In this document: one piece after another, positions 63,050 to 64,000 of the stretch | How positions within the stretch are numbered: the first letter of the stretch is position 1 | How the letters are laid out: each line of letters starts with the position of its first letter | Assembly (NCBI GenBank): GCA_965637545.1 | Contig: OZ281494.1 | Coordinates: 25,482,001-25,546,000 of the forward strand | Origin: Phallusia mammillata | Taxonomy: Eukaryota | Reading direction: 5' to 3' | DNA: 64,000 bases | Made by a program: the position numbers and the translations under genes | Notes under the pieces: model-generated | The model's database searches: none | What the model was told of the DNA's origin: nothing | The model's input: only the letters and a program-made list of their open reading frames with translations

Positions 63050-64000
63050 ATGAATGAGCAAGTTATTTTGGAGGAAGACTATGATGAAAACTATGTTCCC
63101 ATGGAAGAGGAGATACACGAGTATGCTCGAGTTATTGGTTTGGATCCATTAAAGGAACCAAACCTTCTGTGGATTGCTCGAGAGGGAATAAATGCCCCAC
63201 TTCCAAATCATTGGAAACCATGTCAAGATACCAATGGAGACATTTACTACTTTAATTTTGAAACAGGAGACAGCATATGGGATCACCCTTGTGATGAATT
63301 TTATCGCAACATGGTGGCTGAGGAGAGACAAAAACAACTTACAAAACCTGCAGTGCAACCCAGCGCTCAGCAGAAAAAGAAGAAAGAAAAGGGAACAAAG
63401 AAGAAAAAAGCCAAAGGAGAAAAGGTCGGTGAAGTTCCTACTTTGCAAAGCTCATTGAAACCTCTGAATCCATTAAAAACAATTGATGCACCAATGGGTT
63501 TACAGTCACCTTTGGGCACTCTTGCTCCATTAAAAGGTCTGGGATCAACGAAAATGATGACAAGTTCACCAGTTTCGCCTGGAATCCCGACACAGCCTGA
63601 TGTTATGCAATTGACAGGTAGTTCCCTTGCCAGTACATCTGACATTGGAAGAATAAACTTGGAGAAAATGAAGACCCAAGACCTTGAGCAGTCAGCTCTT
63701 GAATACCATATATCAGAGGAAGAAGAGGTTGAGGAGGAGAGTGGTGGTGATGACATAGCCAAGATGAACATTTCCTCCAACTCGAATGACCTTGATAGTG
63801 AAGATGGAAAATTCACACCAGAGGCAAACTTGCTGGAGGTGGAAAAACTGGCACCAATTGAAAAGCAAAAGAGTGTAAAGTTTGATGACAGTTTGCAATT
63901 GCATGAACCAGAAAAAAAGGAAATATCTGCCCCAGGTAAAGCAGCTGCAAAAGCTGCAGAGCAACGTTTGTATGGAAAATCTGATTTGAAAATAGATTCC
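63050..64000 (+). CDS. CEP164: Centrosomal protein CEP164, 5' part (WW-domain N-terminus); runs off the window end
   Basis: ATG at 63050 preceded by an in-frame TAA at 63041; open to 64000. [75 protein letters not shown] matches the CEP164 N-terminus/WW domain. Absent from the ORF track because there is no stop in the window. Confidence 0.93.
   Translation, partial: MNEQVILEEDYDENYVPMEEEIHEYARVIGLDPLKEPNLLWIAREGINAPLPNHWKPCQDTNGDIYYFNFETGDSIWDHPCDEFYRNMVAEERQKQLTKPAVQPSAQQKKKKEKGTKKKKAKGEKVGEVPTLQSSLKPLNPLKTIDAPMGLQSPLGTLAPLKGLGSTKMMTSSPVSPGIPTQPDVMQLTGSSLASTSDIGRINLEKMKTQDLEQSALEYHISEEEEVEEESGGDDIAKMNISSNSNDLDSEDGKFTPEANLLEVEKLAPIEKQKSVKFDDSLQLHEPEKKEISAPGKAAAKAAEQRLYGKSDLKIDS

Noticed and set aside
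63149-63964. Minus-strand ORFs up to 149 aa (also 60485-60820 and 51183-51482)
   Set aside because: Antisense shadows of the CEP164, PNO1 and VPS25 coding sequences.

Overview
Eukaryotic, intron-containing genomic DNA. An ascidian (tunicate) origin is my inference from four GPI-type ephrin paralogues, short GT-AG introns, compact housekeeping genes and mosaic CpG depletion. All gene models were spliced by hand and checked for reading-frame continuity; no database searches were run. (1) 0.4-43.1 kb: four GPI-anchored (A-type) ephrin genes, oriented +,+,+,-, with large CpG-rich introns. (2) 44.6-49.2 kb: a 10-exon gene, head-to-head with the fourth ephrin, whose 1974-nt spliced CDS joins a RIPK-like kinase domain with degenerate catalytic motifs (HRD to HGN, DFG to DVG) to a six-bladed Kelch propeller without BTB. 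This is the most unusual element in the window. (3) 50.8-64 kb: a CpG-poor housekeeping block of VPS25 (intronless), GMPS, MEAK7/TLDC1, PNO1 (intronless) and the 5' part of CEP164, arranged as two candidate operon-like pairs. Eight hAT-type MITEs are present (four with perfect 8-bp TSDs), including a near-identical inverted pair bracketing the last five Kelch exons. I found no supportable rRNA, tRNA, CRISPR array or autonomous transposase.
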